Below, in pieces: positions 28,195 to 37,347 of a stretch of DNA of 64,000 nucleotides. The position numbers were made by a program, and so were the translations under genes. The notes under the pieces are model-generated. The model did not search any database, was not told where the DNA came from, and was given only the letters and a program-made list of their open reading frames with translations. The DNA is from an uncultured Siphonobacter sp. GTDB lineage: Bacteria; Bacteroidota; Bacteroidia; Cytophagales; Spirosomataceae. The stretch lies in contig CAJYHS010000152.1 in NCBI GenBank assembly GCA_913774715.1, positions 43,886 to 107,885 of the forward strand. Direction: 5' to 3'. Position 1 is the stretch's first letter. Each line of letters starts with the position of its first letter.

Positions 28195-28283
28195 GTTTAA
28201 TTTTTTGGAAGAATCATGAGTTGAAAAGAGCTTAAAACTGCTTTGTTTTGTAGTTGTTTAAGTTTTCACATTTCAACGTTAAC

Positions 28284-30137
28284 ATGAAAAAACCTCTTCT
28301 TGGGCTATGGGCTGCCGGATGGCTTGTGGCTGGATTGAGCACCGTAGCCTCGGCTCAGTTCGGTACCCCTGCTCAACCTGTTACCCTAACCGACATGAGT
28401 GCGTTTCGTTCCACCAATGCTGGCAATTGGAAAATTGTCGGGGACGCAGCCGCAGATCTTCAGCAGAAAGAAGTATTAACAACCAAAACCGGATCGGGCG
28501 TTTTAGTGAATCAGCCCAGTGATAAAAACCGGGCCAACTTACTGACCGCTTTCGAGCACGGCGATGCCGATTTTGAATTTGACTTCATGATGGCCGTGCA
28601 TTCCAATTCAGGTTTTTATCTACAGGGCCGTTACGAAATTCAACTCCTGGATAGCTGGGGCGTAAACGTGCCTACCTACGGGGATGTAGGAGGTATTTAC
28701 AAACGCCGCGAACTGCCTTCGGGTCGTTTATACGAAGGGCACGCTCCCCGCCTGAACGCTGGAAAGGCTCCCGGCCTTTGGCAGCACATGGAAATTTCTT
28801 TCCAGGCCCCCCGTTTTGATGCCAGCGGCAAAAAAATCGAAAATGCTAAAGTTCTCAAGTTAGTTCTCAACGGCGTGACGGTCCAAGAAAACGTAGAGCT
28901 TTCAGGCCCTACGGGCGGTCCTATCTCTGAGGAAGAAGCAGCGAAAGGCCCCGTCATGATTCAGGGCGATCACGGTGCGGTGGCTTTCAAAAATATGAAG
29001 TACCGTAACTACAATGCTCAGCCTTTGCAATTAACGGGCAACACGTATAAGGTATATCAGCCTAGCAACGATGATACGTTTGCTAAGATTCCTGATTTTT
29101 CAAAGCTGAAAGCCAGCAGCAGCGGAAGCAGCCCGGAAGTAACCTGGGACGTGGCTAACCTGACGAATAACTTCGGCGTGGTTTCTAGCTCGAAAGTAAA
29201 AATCCCTACTGAAGGAGAATATACTTTTTACCTCTCCGCGGGCGGTACGGCTCGTTTGAAAGTCAATAATAAAGTCGTGGTTTCGGAAGGATTCGGTCAG
29301 CCCGGTCAGTTCCGTACGGGTAAAGTGAAACTTCCGGCCGGTGAAGCTACCCTGGAAGTAGACTACGTCAAACGCGATGAGTGGGTGCGTCCCGGTCTAG
29401 CCATTGAAGTGGAAGGCCCCGGTCTTCGCCACGCAACCCTAACTGCGGCTTCTTCTTTATTAACCAATCCGGCTACGGATCCGATTCTTATCGATGCCCG
29501 TGAAGCAACCATTACGCGGAGTTTCATGGATTTATATACCAAAGAAGGACGTCGAGGCAAGCGAGTGGTTCACTCCGTGCAGGTAGGTTCTCCTCAGGGT
29601 CTGCACTATACCTTTGATTTGGATAACGGAGCTTTGGTTCAGGCCTGGAAAGGTGATTTCTTAGACGCTACGCCGATGTGGCATAACCGGGGTGATGGTT
29701 CTTCCCGTCCCCGTGGTGTAGTCGTATCCTTGAACGATTTTCCTGACTTTGCCGTCTTAGGTTCTTCTTCCGCCGCCTGGAGTGATACGCTTTCAGGGAA
29801 GGAAAACTATAAACCCATGGGTTATGACGTGGACGAAGCGGGTTATCCCACGTTCCTGTATGCCTACGGTGCTACTGAGGTAAGTGATGCCATTCGTTTA
29901 GCGGACGGCAATAAAGCCTTGAGCCGGGAAATCACCGTGAAAAACCCCGCGGCTAACCTCTATCATTTGGTAGCTACGGGCGAAGAGATCAGCGAAGTGC
30001 AACCCGGACTCTATGCCGTTAATGGCAAGTCTTATTACGTACGCGTGAAAGGAGCCACCCTTCGCAAGTCCGGTGATCGTCAGGAACTCATCATGCCCGT
30101 TTCGGCCAGTAAAATCAACTACGAAATTTTATTCTAA
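28284..30137 (+). CDS. Secreted DUF1080 (3-keto-disaccharide hydrolase-like, LamG fold) + PA14 domain protein
   Basis: The ATG at 28284 gives MKKPLLGLWAAGWLVAGLSTVASAQ. The DUF1080-like segment reads …GNWKIVGDA…SGFYLQGRYEIQLLDSWG…VMIQGDHGAVAFKNMKYR. The PA14-like segment reads …EGEYTFYLSAGGTARLKVNNKVV…ATLEVDYVKRDEW…. Confidence 0.7.
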   Translation: MKKPLLGLWAAGWLVAGLSTVASAQFGTPAQPVTLTDMSAFRSTNAGNWKIVGDAAADLQQKEVLTTKTGSGVLVNQPSDKNRANLLTAFEHGDADFEFDFMMAVHSNSGFYLQGRYEIQLLDSWGVNVPTYGDVGGIYKRRELPSGRLYEGHAPRLNAGKAPGLWQHMEISFQAPRFDASGKKIENAKVLKLVLNGVTVQENVELSGPTGGPISEEEAAKGPVMIQGDHGAVAFKNMKYRNYNAQPLQLTGNTYKVYQPSNDDTFAKIPDFSKLKASSSGSSPEVTWDVANLTNNFGVVSSSKVKIPTEGEYTFYLSAGGTARLKVNNKVVVSEGFGQPGQFRTGKVKLPAGEATLEVDYVKRDEWVRPGLAIEVEGPGLRHATLTAASSLLTNPATDPILIDAREATITRSFMDLYTKEGRRGKRVVHSVQVGSPQGLHYTFDLDNGALVQAWKGDFLDATPMWHNRGDGSSRPRGVVVSLNDFPDFAVLGSSSAAWSDTLSGKENYKPMGYDVDEAGYPTFLYAYGATEVSDAIRLADGNKALSREITVKNPAANLYHLVATGEEISEVQPGLYAVNGKSYYVRVKGATLRKSGDRQELIMPVSASKINYEILF

Positions 30138-30200
30138 TAGGGCCGGTGAAGGAAAAGCTTTCTTCAAGCGAATCATCACCTAGCTCATAAAGTATTATCA

Positions 30201-32165
30201 ATGAAACGTATTCTTCAAGCGACGCTTTTGAGTCTGGCAGTAACGAGTGCTGCCCTGGCTCAGGACAGCTCTCCCGCTGAAAGCGATCTCTATAAAATTG
30301 TTAAAGTAAGTAGTCCGGAAGGAATCGTACTCGAAATTGGCGGGGTTACCTCTCTGCCTAACGGGGACGTAGCCGTTTCGACGCGTCGGGGTGATGTATG
30401 GGTCATTGAAAACCCCAGCAGCGCTAAACCGCACTTTCGCAAATTTGCCAGCGGTCTGCACGAAATTCTGGGTCTGGTCTACAAAGATGGCTCTTTCTAC
30501 TGCGCGCAACGCGGCGAGTTAACGCGTCTAACGGATACCAACGGCGATGGAAAAGCCGATCAGTATCACACGGTATACGCCTGGCCAATTTCAGGTCACT
30601 ACCACGAGTACAGCTTCGGACCTAAAATTGCTCCCGATGGTAGCTTCTTTGTCAGTGCTAACGTAGCCTTTGGTAACGAAGAGTGGTGGAGAGGGGAAAG
30701 TAAAGTGCCTTACCGGGGTTGGGTGATGAAAATTTCTCCCGACGGAAAAATGGAGCCCTGGGCAACGGGTATGCGTTCTCCATGCGGATTAGGCATGATT
30801 GACGGCGAACTCTTCTACACCGATAACCAGGGCGACTGGATGGGTTCAGGCGGCGTTTGGCACGTGAAAAAAGGAGCCTTCGTGGGTCACCCTGCCGGCT
30901 TACGCTGGACGAACTTGCCTGGTTCACCCGTCAAACTTACCCAGGAAGAATTTTATAAAACCTACGATGAGCGTCGTCGTCGGGATGCGAATGGACGGGC
31001 GATTAAACCCGAAAACGATGCCTCTGAGAAGAATCCTTTGCTTTTGTTTGAAGCCAAGAAGAAATTCCCTGAAATTCAGTTACCCGTCGTTTGGTTACCT
31101 CACGGCGTGCTGGGTATTTCTAACTCAGAGATCATTACGGATGATACCAAGGGAGCATTCGGTCCTTTCGCGGGCCAAATGCTGGTAGGCGATCAGGGAC
31201 AGTCGAAGATCATGCGGGTGTTCATGGAAAAAGTAAACGGCGAATTCCAGGGAGCGGCCTTTGATTTCCGTTCCGGTTTCCAGTCCGGCGTACTTCGCAT
31301 GGCTTTTGGGAAAGACAACTCTTTATTCGTCGGAGAAACCAACCGGGGTTGGGGTTCGGCGGGTGAAGCCAATGAAGGGTTGCAGCGTCTGGTGTGGACG
31401 AATAAAGTTCCTTTTGAAATGAAGGCCGTTCGTGCCATGCCCGATGGATTTGAAGTAGAATTTACTCAGCCCATTGACGCGGCCAGTGCCGAGGATTTAG
31501 CCAGCTACAAAGTAAAAAGCTTCATCTATAAGTATCACTCGACCTACGGAAGTCCTACGATTAACGAAGAAGAAAATCCCGTTAAAGGGGTGAAAGTATC
31601 GGCTGATGGACTCAAGGCCCGCCTCATTGTCGATAACCTTCGCCAGTATTACGTGCACCAGTTAACTCTGGATGGTATTCGCGAAAAAACCAACAAGTTT
31701 AGCCTGGTTCATCCTAATGCGTATTATACCCTTAATAATATCCCAACGGGAGAAAAATTAGCTATTTCGCAAACCAGCACGAAAAATTCAGCCGCTACGC
31801 CCGCTAAGTCGGCCCCTGCAAAAGCTACGCCAGCCAAAGCATCTAAAACGGATGTAAGCAAAGCTGGTGCTGCGAAAACGAAAGTGCCTACTTACGAAGA
31901 AGTAAAACCCCTGCTATCCAAGCATACCTGTCTGGCGTGTCACAACGCCGATAAACGTCAGGTAGGCCCGGCCTACAAGGAAGTAGCCAAGCGGAATTAC
32001 TCCAATGAGAAAATCGTGGATTTAATCTATAACCCTAAGCCTGAAAACTGGCCTGGGTATGCGACAGAAATGCCACCCATGCCCCAGGTTCCCAAGGCGG
32101 ATGCCCTGAAAATCGCCGCCTGGATTAATTCATTAAAGAATGCTCCGGTGAGTGCAAATCCTTAG
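30201..32165 (+). CDS. Secreted dehydrogenase-like beta-propeller protein with C-terminal c-type cytochrome domain
   Basis: Signal peptide MKRILQATLLSLAVTSAALAQ. A long N-terminal region resembles the putative membrane-bound/PQQ-type sugar dehydrogenase domain. An Ala/Lys-rich linker precedes the single heme motif CLACHN with downstream …MPPMP…. Confidence 0.7.
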   Translation: MKRILQATLLSLAVTSAALAQDSSPAESDLYKIVKVSSPEGIVLEIGGVTSLPNGDVAVSTRRGDVWVIENPSSAKPHFRKFASGLHEILGLVYKDGSFYCAQRGELTRLTDTNGDGKADQYHTVYAWPISGHYHEYSFGPKIAPDGSFFVSANVAFGNEEWWRGESKVPYRGWVMKISPDGKMEPWATGMRSPCGLGMIDGELFYTDNQGDWMGSGGVWHVKKGAFVGHPAGLRWTNLPGSPVKLTQEEFYKTYDERRRRDANGRAIKPENDASEKNPLLLFEAKKKFPEIQLPVVWLPHGVLGISNSEIITDDTKGAFGPFAGQMLVGDQGQSKIMRVFMEKVNGEFQGAAFDFRSGFQSGVLRMAFGKDNSLFVGETNRGWGSAGEANEGLQRLVWTNKVPFEMKAVRAMPDGFEVEFTQPIDAASAEDLASYKVKSFIYKYHSTYGSPTINEEENPVKGVKVSADGLKARLIVDNLRQYYVHQLTLDGIREKTNKFSLVHPNAYYTLNNIPTGEKLAISQTSTKNSAATPAKSAPAKATPAKASKTDVSKAGAAKTKVPTYEEVKPLLSKHTCLACHNADKRQVGPAYKEVAKRNYSNEKIVDLIYNPKPENWPGYATEMPPMPQVPKADALKIAAWINSLKNAPVSANP

Positions 32166-32184
32166 TTAATTAATATCTTGATAC

Positions 32185-32219
32185 AAAGGGTACGGCTGCT
32201 TATAGCCGTACCCTTTTTT
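32185..32219 (+). terminator. Intrinsic terminator
   Basis: AAAGGGTACGGCT-gctta-TAGCCGTACCCTTTTTT. Confidence 0.8.
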
Positions 32220-32306
32220 GTTAATCCTTACATAAATAAGCCTTAATCTATCTTCAGGCAATACAAGTAATAAATCGTACGTTACTACTGGTTACAAAAA
32301 CCTAAA

Positions 32307-33296
32307 ATGGAGCGTATGAACCACCAAATTGAAATGTATGAGAATAGTGCTGGGGCTACTCAAATTGAAGTAAAATTTGACCAGGAAACGGTATGGTTAA
32401 CTAATACTCAATTATTAGAGTTATTTCAATCAAGTAAAGCAAATATTAGCGAGCATATTCGGAATATATTTTTATCAGAAGAGCTGAATGAAGAATCAAC
32501 TGTTCGGAAATTCCGAACAGTTCAGCGAGAGGGTAAACGGTTAATTCAACGTGACCGAGTTCATTATAATTTAGATGTAATTATAGCGGTAGGTTACCGA
32601 GTCAATACTAAACAAGGTACTAAGTTTCGTCAGTGGGCTACTCAGCGTCTAAAGGATTACCTCATACAAGGATATACCCTCAATGAGAAGCGTCTAGGGC
32701 AGCAGCAACAGCAATTACAAACCTTAAAAGAAGGTATTCGGATCCTGAGCCGGGCCATTGAGAGTAAAAGTAAGTCAGAAGATATAAACTGGCTAAGTTG
32801 GTATTCGACTGGACTGGAATTACTCGATGACTATGATCATGAAAAGCTCGATGCTACGGGCCTTACTAAGCGTCAGGCGATTTATCCTGAGCTTAAGGAT
32901 TACTTCCGGCTGATTGATTCCATGAGAACGGACTTTGGATCAGGCATCTTTGGAAAAGAAAAAGATCAAGGCTTTCAAAGTGCAACCTTACAGATTGCCC
33001 AAGGGTTTGGCAATACTGATTTTTATCCCTCTATTGAAGAAAAAGCGGCTACACTTTTATATTTAGTTATCAAAAACCATGCCTTTGTGGATGGGAACAA
33101 ACGCATTGCGGCGGCCTGTTTTCTTCTCTTTTTAAAAGAGAATGGTATGCTTTATAATGAAAAGGGAATAGCGCTCATTAGCAATGAAGCCTTGGCAAGT
33201 CTAACGTTATTTATTGCTTCAAGTAAACCGGAAGAAATGGAAACGGTAAAGAAACTCGTCATTAGCGTTCTTAACAGAAATCAAAGCCATGACTAA
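32307..33296 (+). CDS. RhuM-family N-terminal domain fused to a Fic/Doc (death-on-curing) domain
   Basis: The N-terminus …VRKFRTVQREGKRLIQRDRVHYNLDVIIAVGYRVNTKQGTKFRQWATQRLKDYLIQGY is RhuM-like. The C-terminus carries the Fic/Doc catalytic motif HAFVDGNKR (nt 33078-33104). Confidence 0.8.
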   Translation: MERMNHQIEMYENSAGATQIEVKFDQETVWLTNTQLLELFQSSKANISEHIRNIFLSEELNEESTVRKFRTVQREGKRLIQRDRVHYNLDVIIAVGYRVNTKQGTKFRQWATQRLKDYLIQGYTLNEKRLGQQQQQLQTLKEGIRILSRAIESKSKSEDINWLSWYSTGLELLDDYDHEKLDATGLTKRQAIYPELKDYFRLIDSMRTDFGSGIFGKEKDQGFQSATLQIAQGFGNTDFYPSIEEKAATLLYLVIKNHAFVDGNKRIAAACFLLFLKENGMLYNEKGIALISNEALASLTLFIASSKPEEMETVKKLVISVLNRNQSHD

Positions 33297-33308
33297 AACG
33301 ATTACTTA

Positions 33309-33352
33309 AAAAGAGAAAGCGGTATCAGTGTTTCTGATACCGCTTTCTCTTT
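33309..33352. terminator. Long-stem bidirectional terminator between convergent genes
   Basis: AAAGAGAAAGCGGTATCAG-tgtttc-CTGATACCGCTTTCTCTTT: a 19-bp perfect stem. Confidence 0.75.
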
Positions 33353-33355
33353 AAG

Positions 33356-34432
33356 TTAATCTTGTAACAATTCTTTATAAATCTGCCAGTATTCTTCGGC
33401 CGTATTTCTCCAGTTAAACTGCTGAGCCCAGGCTTTGATTTGCTGGCTTTCGGCCTGGGTATCGATGCTTTCCAGAATTTTTGTCGTTAGCATACTCACC
33501 TGATCGGGATCGAATCCGTCAAAATAATGAGCGTGGGGCCCGCCAATTTCGGGTAGGGATGTAGCATCGGAAAGCACTACGTTCTTTCCAAAATGCATGG
33601 CTTCAATCACGGGTAAGCCGAACCCTTCGGCCAAGGAAGGAAAACAAAACAAATCACAGTTCTTGAGTAACCAGTATTTCTCGGCTTCCGTAATGGGACC
33701 CGTCAAGTGCACGCGGTTATGCACGCCTAAACGCTTGGATTCGCTTAATACTTTCTGGTGATAATCTTTATGAAACATTGTTCCGGCAATGATGAGATCC
33801 AGATCATTGTCGAGCAACATGGCCGGTAAAACGTGGAAATTTTTCTTGGGAGCTACCGTTCCAATGCTAAAAAGAAAAGGATTCTCAACCGAAAACTGAG
33901 GTTTAATAGGCCGGATGTGCTCGTTGATGTTGCAGCCATTATAGATAACCTGAATCTCTTTTCCTTTCAGATCCATGGTTTCTTCAATTTCCTTTTTTAC
34001 AAAATTGGAAATAGTTACAATCCGGTCGGTGCGGTCAATCTTTGCCTGTAAGTTCTTAATATACTTGGCAATTTTATCGGCCGGTTTGTTTTCGTGAAGG
34101 AAATTTAAATCATGTACCGTTAATACTTTTTTCGTGGAGCTCTTCAGGGGGAAGTAATTAGAATCCTGATAGGTTCCATGCCAGACCGAATACTTGTTAG
34201 CAAAGGGCATGGCGTATTTATGAAGCGAACTGTGATTTTTATTATAAGGGCTTTCGCCAAAAAGATTTGCTTCTTTAGCTGGTAAATAAAAACCTAGGCG
34301 ATGATTTAAGTGATTTCTGTTAAGCATCAAAGCATTGCCCAGTTGCAGACAGAAATGATACAGTCCAGTGTGAGAATGTCTCATTCGCTCGCAGTCGAAA
34401 ATGACGTCTGCTTTTTTAACGGATTGGTTCAT
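33356..34432 (-). CDS. Glycosyltransferase family 4 (GT-B, group 1)
   Basis: C-terminal-domain motif FPSLAEGFGLPVIEAM. The ATG at 34432 (MNQSVKKADVIF…) is preferred over the upstream non-ATG start of the ORF track. Confidence 0.8.
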   Translation of the reverse strand: MNQSVKKADVIFDCERMRHSHTGLYHFCLQLGNALMLNRNHLNHRLGFYLPAKEANLFGESPYNKNHSSLHKYAMPFANKYSVWHGTYQDSNYFPLKSSTKKVLTVHDLNFLHENKPADKIAKYIKNLQAKIDRTDRIVTISNFVKKEIEETMDLKGKEIQVIYNGCNINEHIRPIKPQFSVENPFLFSIGTVAPKKNFHVLPAMLLDNDLDLIIAGTMFHKDYHQKVLSESKRLGVHNRVHLTGPITEAEKYWLLKNCDLFCFPSLAEGFGLPVIEAMHFGKNVVLSDATSLPEIGGPHAHYFDGFDPDQVSMLTTKILESIDTQAESQQIKAWAQQFNWRNTAEEYWQIYKELLQD

Positions 34433-34844
34433 GGGTAGAGCAGAAATAGTTTCTTTCCTAGTACTTGTCAACTAAAAATTACTAAACAGACCCGGCCTCA
34501 TGTGAAAAGGTTGGAATAGGTACGTTATTTTTGGATTTTTTACGAACTAGTAAAAGGTAATCCTTTGATAATGAGTCGGTAGTGTAAATAATAATTTACC
34601 TAATTAAGGAATGGGGTGAGAGCACAAAGGCGAGCGTAAAGGGACATGATTCTCATTGCTTACTGCCATTCGTATCCATACTTACGCAATTTCGGGGCTC
34701 ACCGTTGCCTATAGGTTCGTTTTTGTCCTTTATTCTTTTTAAAAGCTAGGTTGAAAAGGAGCAAAAAAGCTAATTTTAGGCGGATGAAATGGGTAATTTT
34801 TTTCCTAAAAAATCTGTTCCTACTCTATAAAACCAGTTACGAAG

Positions 34845-35210
34845 ATGACGACCTTCTCCCTGATTTTAATTGCTGCAGTGGCTCTAGAGCACGTGTACAT
34901 TCTCTGGATGGAGATGTTTGCCTGGACCACCCGAGGTAAGGCCACCTTTAAAAGTTTACCTGCCCATCTTTTCGAACCTACCAAATCACTGGCCGCTAAT
35001 CAGGGACTCTATAATGGCTTTCTGGCGGCGGGTTTAGTTTGGTCGCTAGGAATTTCTGATCCGGAATGGTCCAAAAATGTGGCGCTGTTTTTTTTAGGTT
35101 GCGTCTTTGTTGCGGGCACCTACGGAGGTTTGACGGCCTCGCGGTCAATCTTTTTTGTGCAGGCACTGCCCGCACTGCTGGGCTTGATTGTAACAGCATT
35201 CCGACCCTGA
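34845..35210 (+). CDS. DUF1304-family membrane protein
   Basis: 121 aa, 4 TM. …ALEHVYILWMEMFAWTTRG…NQGLYNGFLAAGL… is characteristic of DUF1304. Confidence 0.7.
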   Translation: MTTFSLILIAAVALEHVYILWMEMFAWTTRGKATFKSLPAHLFEPTKSLAANQGLYNGFLAAGLVWSLGISDPEWSKNVALFFLGCVFVAGTYGGLTASRSIFFVQALPALLGLIVTAFRP

Positions 35211-35273
35211 GAAGCCGTTTTTCGTAGGTATTCGAAAAGCCACACAATTCGATTACTTAAGAAACGCTTACTT

Positions 35274-36083
35274 ATGAAAAAACATTGGCTCCTTTGGGGA
35301 ACTGTAATCCTACTGTCTGCTTGCGGAGGAAACAGTGCTCAGGAAGAAAAAGAAACCACGCAAACAGCCCCCGCCGAAGCGGCTGCAACGGCCAGTAAAA
35401 CCAGTACGCTCATTTTTTTAGATAAATCCCGTAGCGTCAATGAGGATAAAGACTTTGTTGAGAAAAAATACAGCAAGGTTCTTACCTCACTAGTGCAGGA
35501 GGACATTCGCCGGGCTGGAGATAATATTCAGGTTTGGCTGATTCATGAAAACACGGCTCAGAGTAAAGCGCTGGATTTAACGAGCCAGACTACCCTGGAG
35601 GCTACCGAAGGCATGAGTCAGACGGATGTGGAAGCGGCCGAGGCCAGCTATGATCTGGCCTTGCAACGCGAACGCTTGAATTTTGCTAAACAGGTACTTT
35701 CTCAGCTAGCTACTCCCAATGTGGGCAAAAGCAGTGAGCAGACGGATATTCAGGCGAGTCTGGCCGCCATTAACCAGCGGGTAGGCGAGGGGTATGCCGT
35801 CAAGGTCTACTACTTTTCGGATATGGTGGAAAGTATGAAACAGGCCGATCGGCGTGATTTTCATAAAACGCCTCCTAAAACTACCGCCGAAGCAGATGCA
35901 TGGGCTAAGGCGGATGCCGCTTCTTTAAAAGCCCGTTACCCTAACTTAAGCTCGGTAGAGGTTTCAATTGTACTGCCTTTCGAGCCCACAACTTCTTCCA
36001 AGGTCAATAATCCAAACGTGAGTGAATACTGGAAAACGTTCTTTAAAGAAGTGGGCGTAAAAAAAGTAGAGGAAAAGATTTAA
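35274..36083 (+). CDS. Hypothetical lipoprotein
   Basis: Lipobox LLSACGG, 269 aa. No family recognised. Confidence 0.6.
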   Translation: MKKHWLLWGTVILLSACGGNSAQEEKETTQTAPAEAAATASKTSTLIFLDKSRSVNEDKDFVEKKYSKVLTSLVQEDIRRAGDNIQVWLIHENTAQSKALDLTSQTTLEATEGMSQTDVEAAEASYDLALQRERLNFAKQVLSQLATPNVGKSSEQTDIQASLAAINQRVGEGYAVKVYYFSDMVESMKQADRRDFHKTPPKTTAEADAWAKADAASLKARYPNLSSVEVSIVLPFEPTTSSKVNNPNVSEYWKTFFKEVGVKKVEEKI

Positions 36084-36194
36084 AAGTTAAGAGTATAATA
36101 GAACCCAGGTCTGGTATATATATCATGAGCCTTTTAGCCAAGACTGTCCATTACCACAAGGTATATAAGTAAAAGGTTTACTCTTAACATAGGA

Positions 36195-36224
36195 AAAGGG
36201 CTAGCTGGAAAGCTAGCCCTTTTC
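36195..36224. terminator. Bidirectional intrinsic terminator
   Basis: AAAAGGGCTAGCT-ggaa-AGCTAGCCCTTTT between convergent genes. It abuts the stop codon of the minus-strand TPR gene. Confidence 0.75.
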
Positions 36225-37099
36225 TATTTTTTAGCCTTTATCGTTGAAAAGCCCAGCGGGGCTTTGGGACTTTCAAAATCAAAAATGGTAAGGTAAAGAT
36301 TGGTTTTCTTTGTCACATTCTTGGCGTCCTTATAGGTTACTTCAAGCACTTCAATGGTGCCTTTGCCATTGGGGGCATAATTGGAAGCGTAAGGAAGGCT
36401 GGCCGTTTTTTTATACTCAACCATTTTGTTTTGCCCGTCCCTGAGTAAATCCATGTAGGTCGATAGGTTTTCGTATTCACCGGCGGGGCTCGTGCCTACC
36501 TTAATGGGTTTGCTTTTACTGGTCCCGTATTGGGCATCAGTGGCTACGCCGCTGAGTTGCAAAAGAGCTTTACGATTCGCAGGTTCAGGTGTAGGATTAG
36601 CACAACTCTCCACTTTTAGTTCGGCTGGTTTAAGGCCATGACTCAGGGCTGATTTATAATCTGAGCAGGCTTTTTCTGAATTGCCTAATAATTCATAGAC
36701 TAAAGCCCGATTATAGTAGGCTTCGGCCATTTGACCATCTACTTTGATGGCGGCTGAAAAATCACTGATAGCTCCCTGATAATCGGCTAATTTTTTGCGG
36801 GCTACGCCCCGGGCTACCATGGATTTCTTGGCATCCGCTTTAAAGGAAATGGCTTTGGTAAAATCTTCCACGGCCTGATCATACTGCCGTAAGAGCGAAT
36901 AGGCCATACCCCGGCTTTGCCGGACGGGATAGTCATCTTTCATCGCCAGGGATTGGTTGAATAGGGAAAGGGCCTGGGTGACCTGCCCAGCCTGAGCCTT
37001 TTTTAACCCTTCATCTAACAGATTCTTTGCGTCCTGAGCATAAGTGTAAAAAGAGGCCATCAAGAGACCTGCGGTGAAAAAGGTTCGTAAGTGCATAGG
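36224..37099 (-). CDS. TPR-repeat protein with uncharacterised C-terminal domain
   Basis: The ATG at 37099 gives MHLRTFFTAGLLMASFYTYAQ (signal peptide). There are 3-4 TPR units (…AEAYYNRALVYELLGNSEKACSDYKSAL…). Confidence 0.75.
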   Translation of the reverse strand, partial: PMHLRTFFTAGLLMASFYTYAQDAKNLLDEGLKKAQAGQVTQALSLFNQSLAMKDDYPVRQSRGMAYSLLRQYDQAVEDFTKAISFKADAKKSMVARGVARKKLADYQGAISDFSAAIKVDGQMAEAYYNRALVYELLGNSEKACSDYKSALSHGLKPAELKVESCANPTPEPANRKALLQLSGVATDAQYGTSKSKPIKVGTSPAGEYENLSTYMDLLRDGQNKMVEYKKTASLPYASNYAPNGKGTIEVLEVTYKDAKNVTKKTNLYLTIFDFESPKAPLGFSTIKAKK

Positions 37100-37347
37100 G
37101 TAAAAACCGAAGAATTTCAAAATATATAGGGAAACGGGATTTGTGAAAAATTTAGTGTAAATAGCCTTTGGCCTTTACTTGATCAGGGATGAACATAACC
37201 ACTTACGAAATACAGGGCAGAGGGTAAAAGTTTTCCTCTTATTAGTATATACATTTGATTGGCTAGCTTGAAGATCATGCAGGTTTGGCACTTATTCTCT
37301 TAGCCAGATAGGCCTCATAAGCGTATTTTTCAGATCAACGGGAAAAC

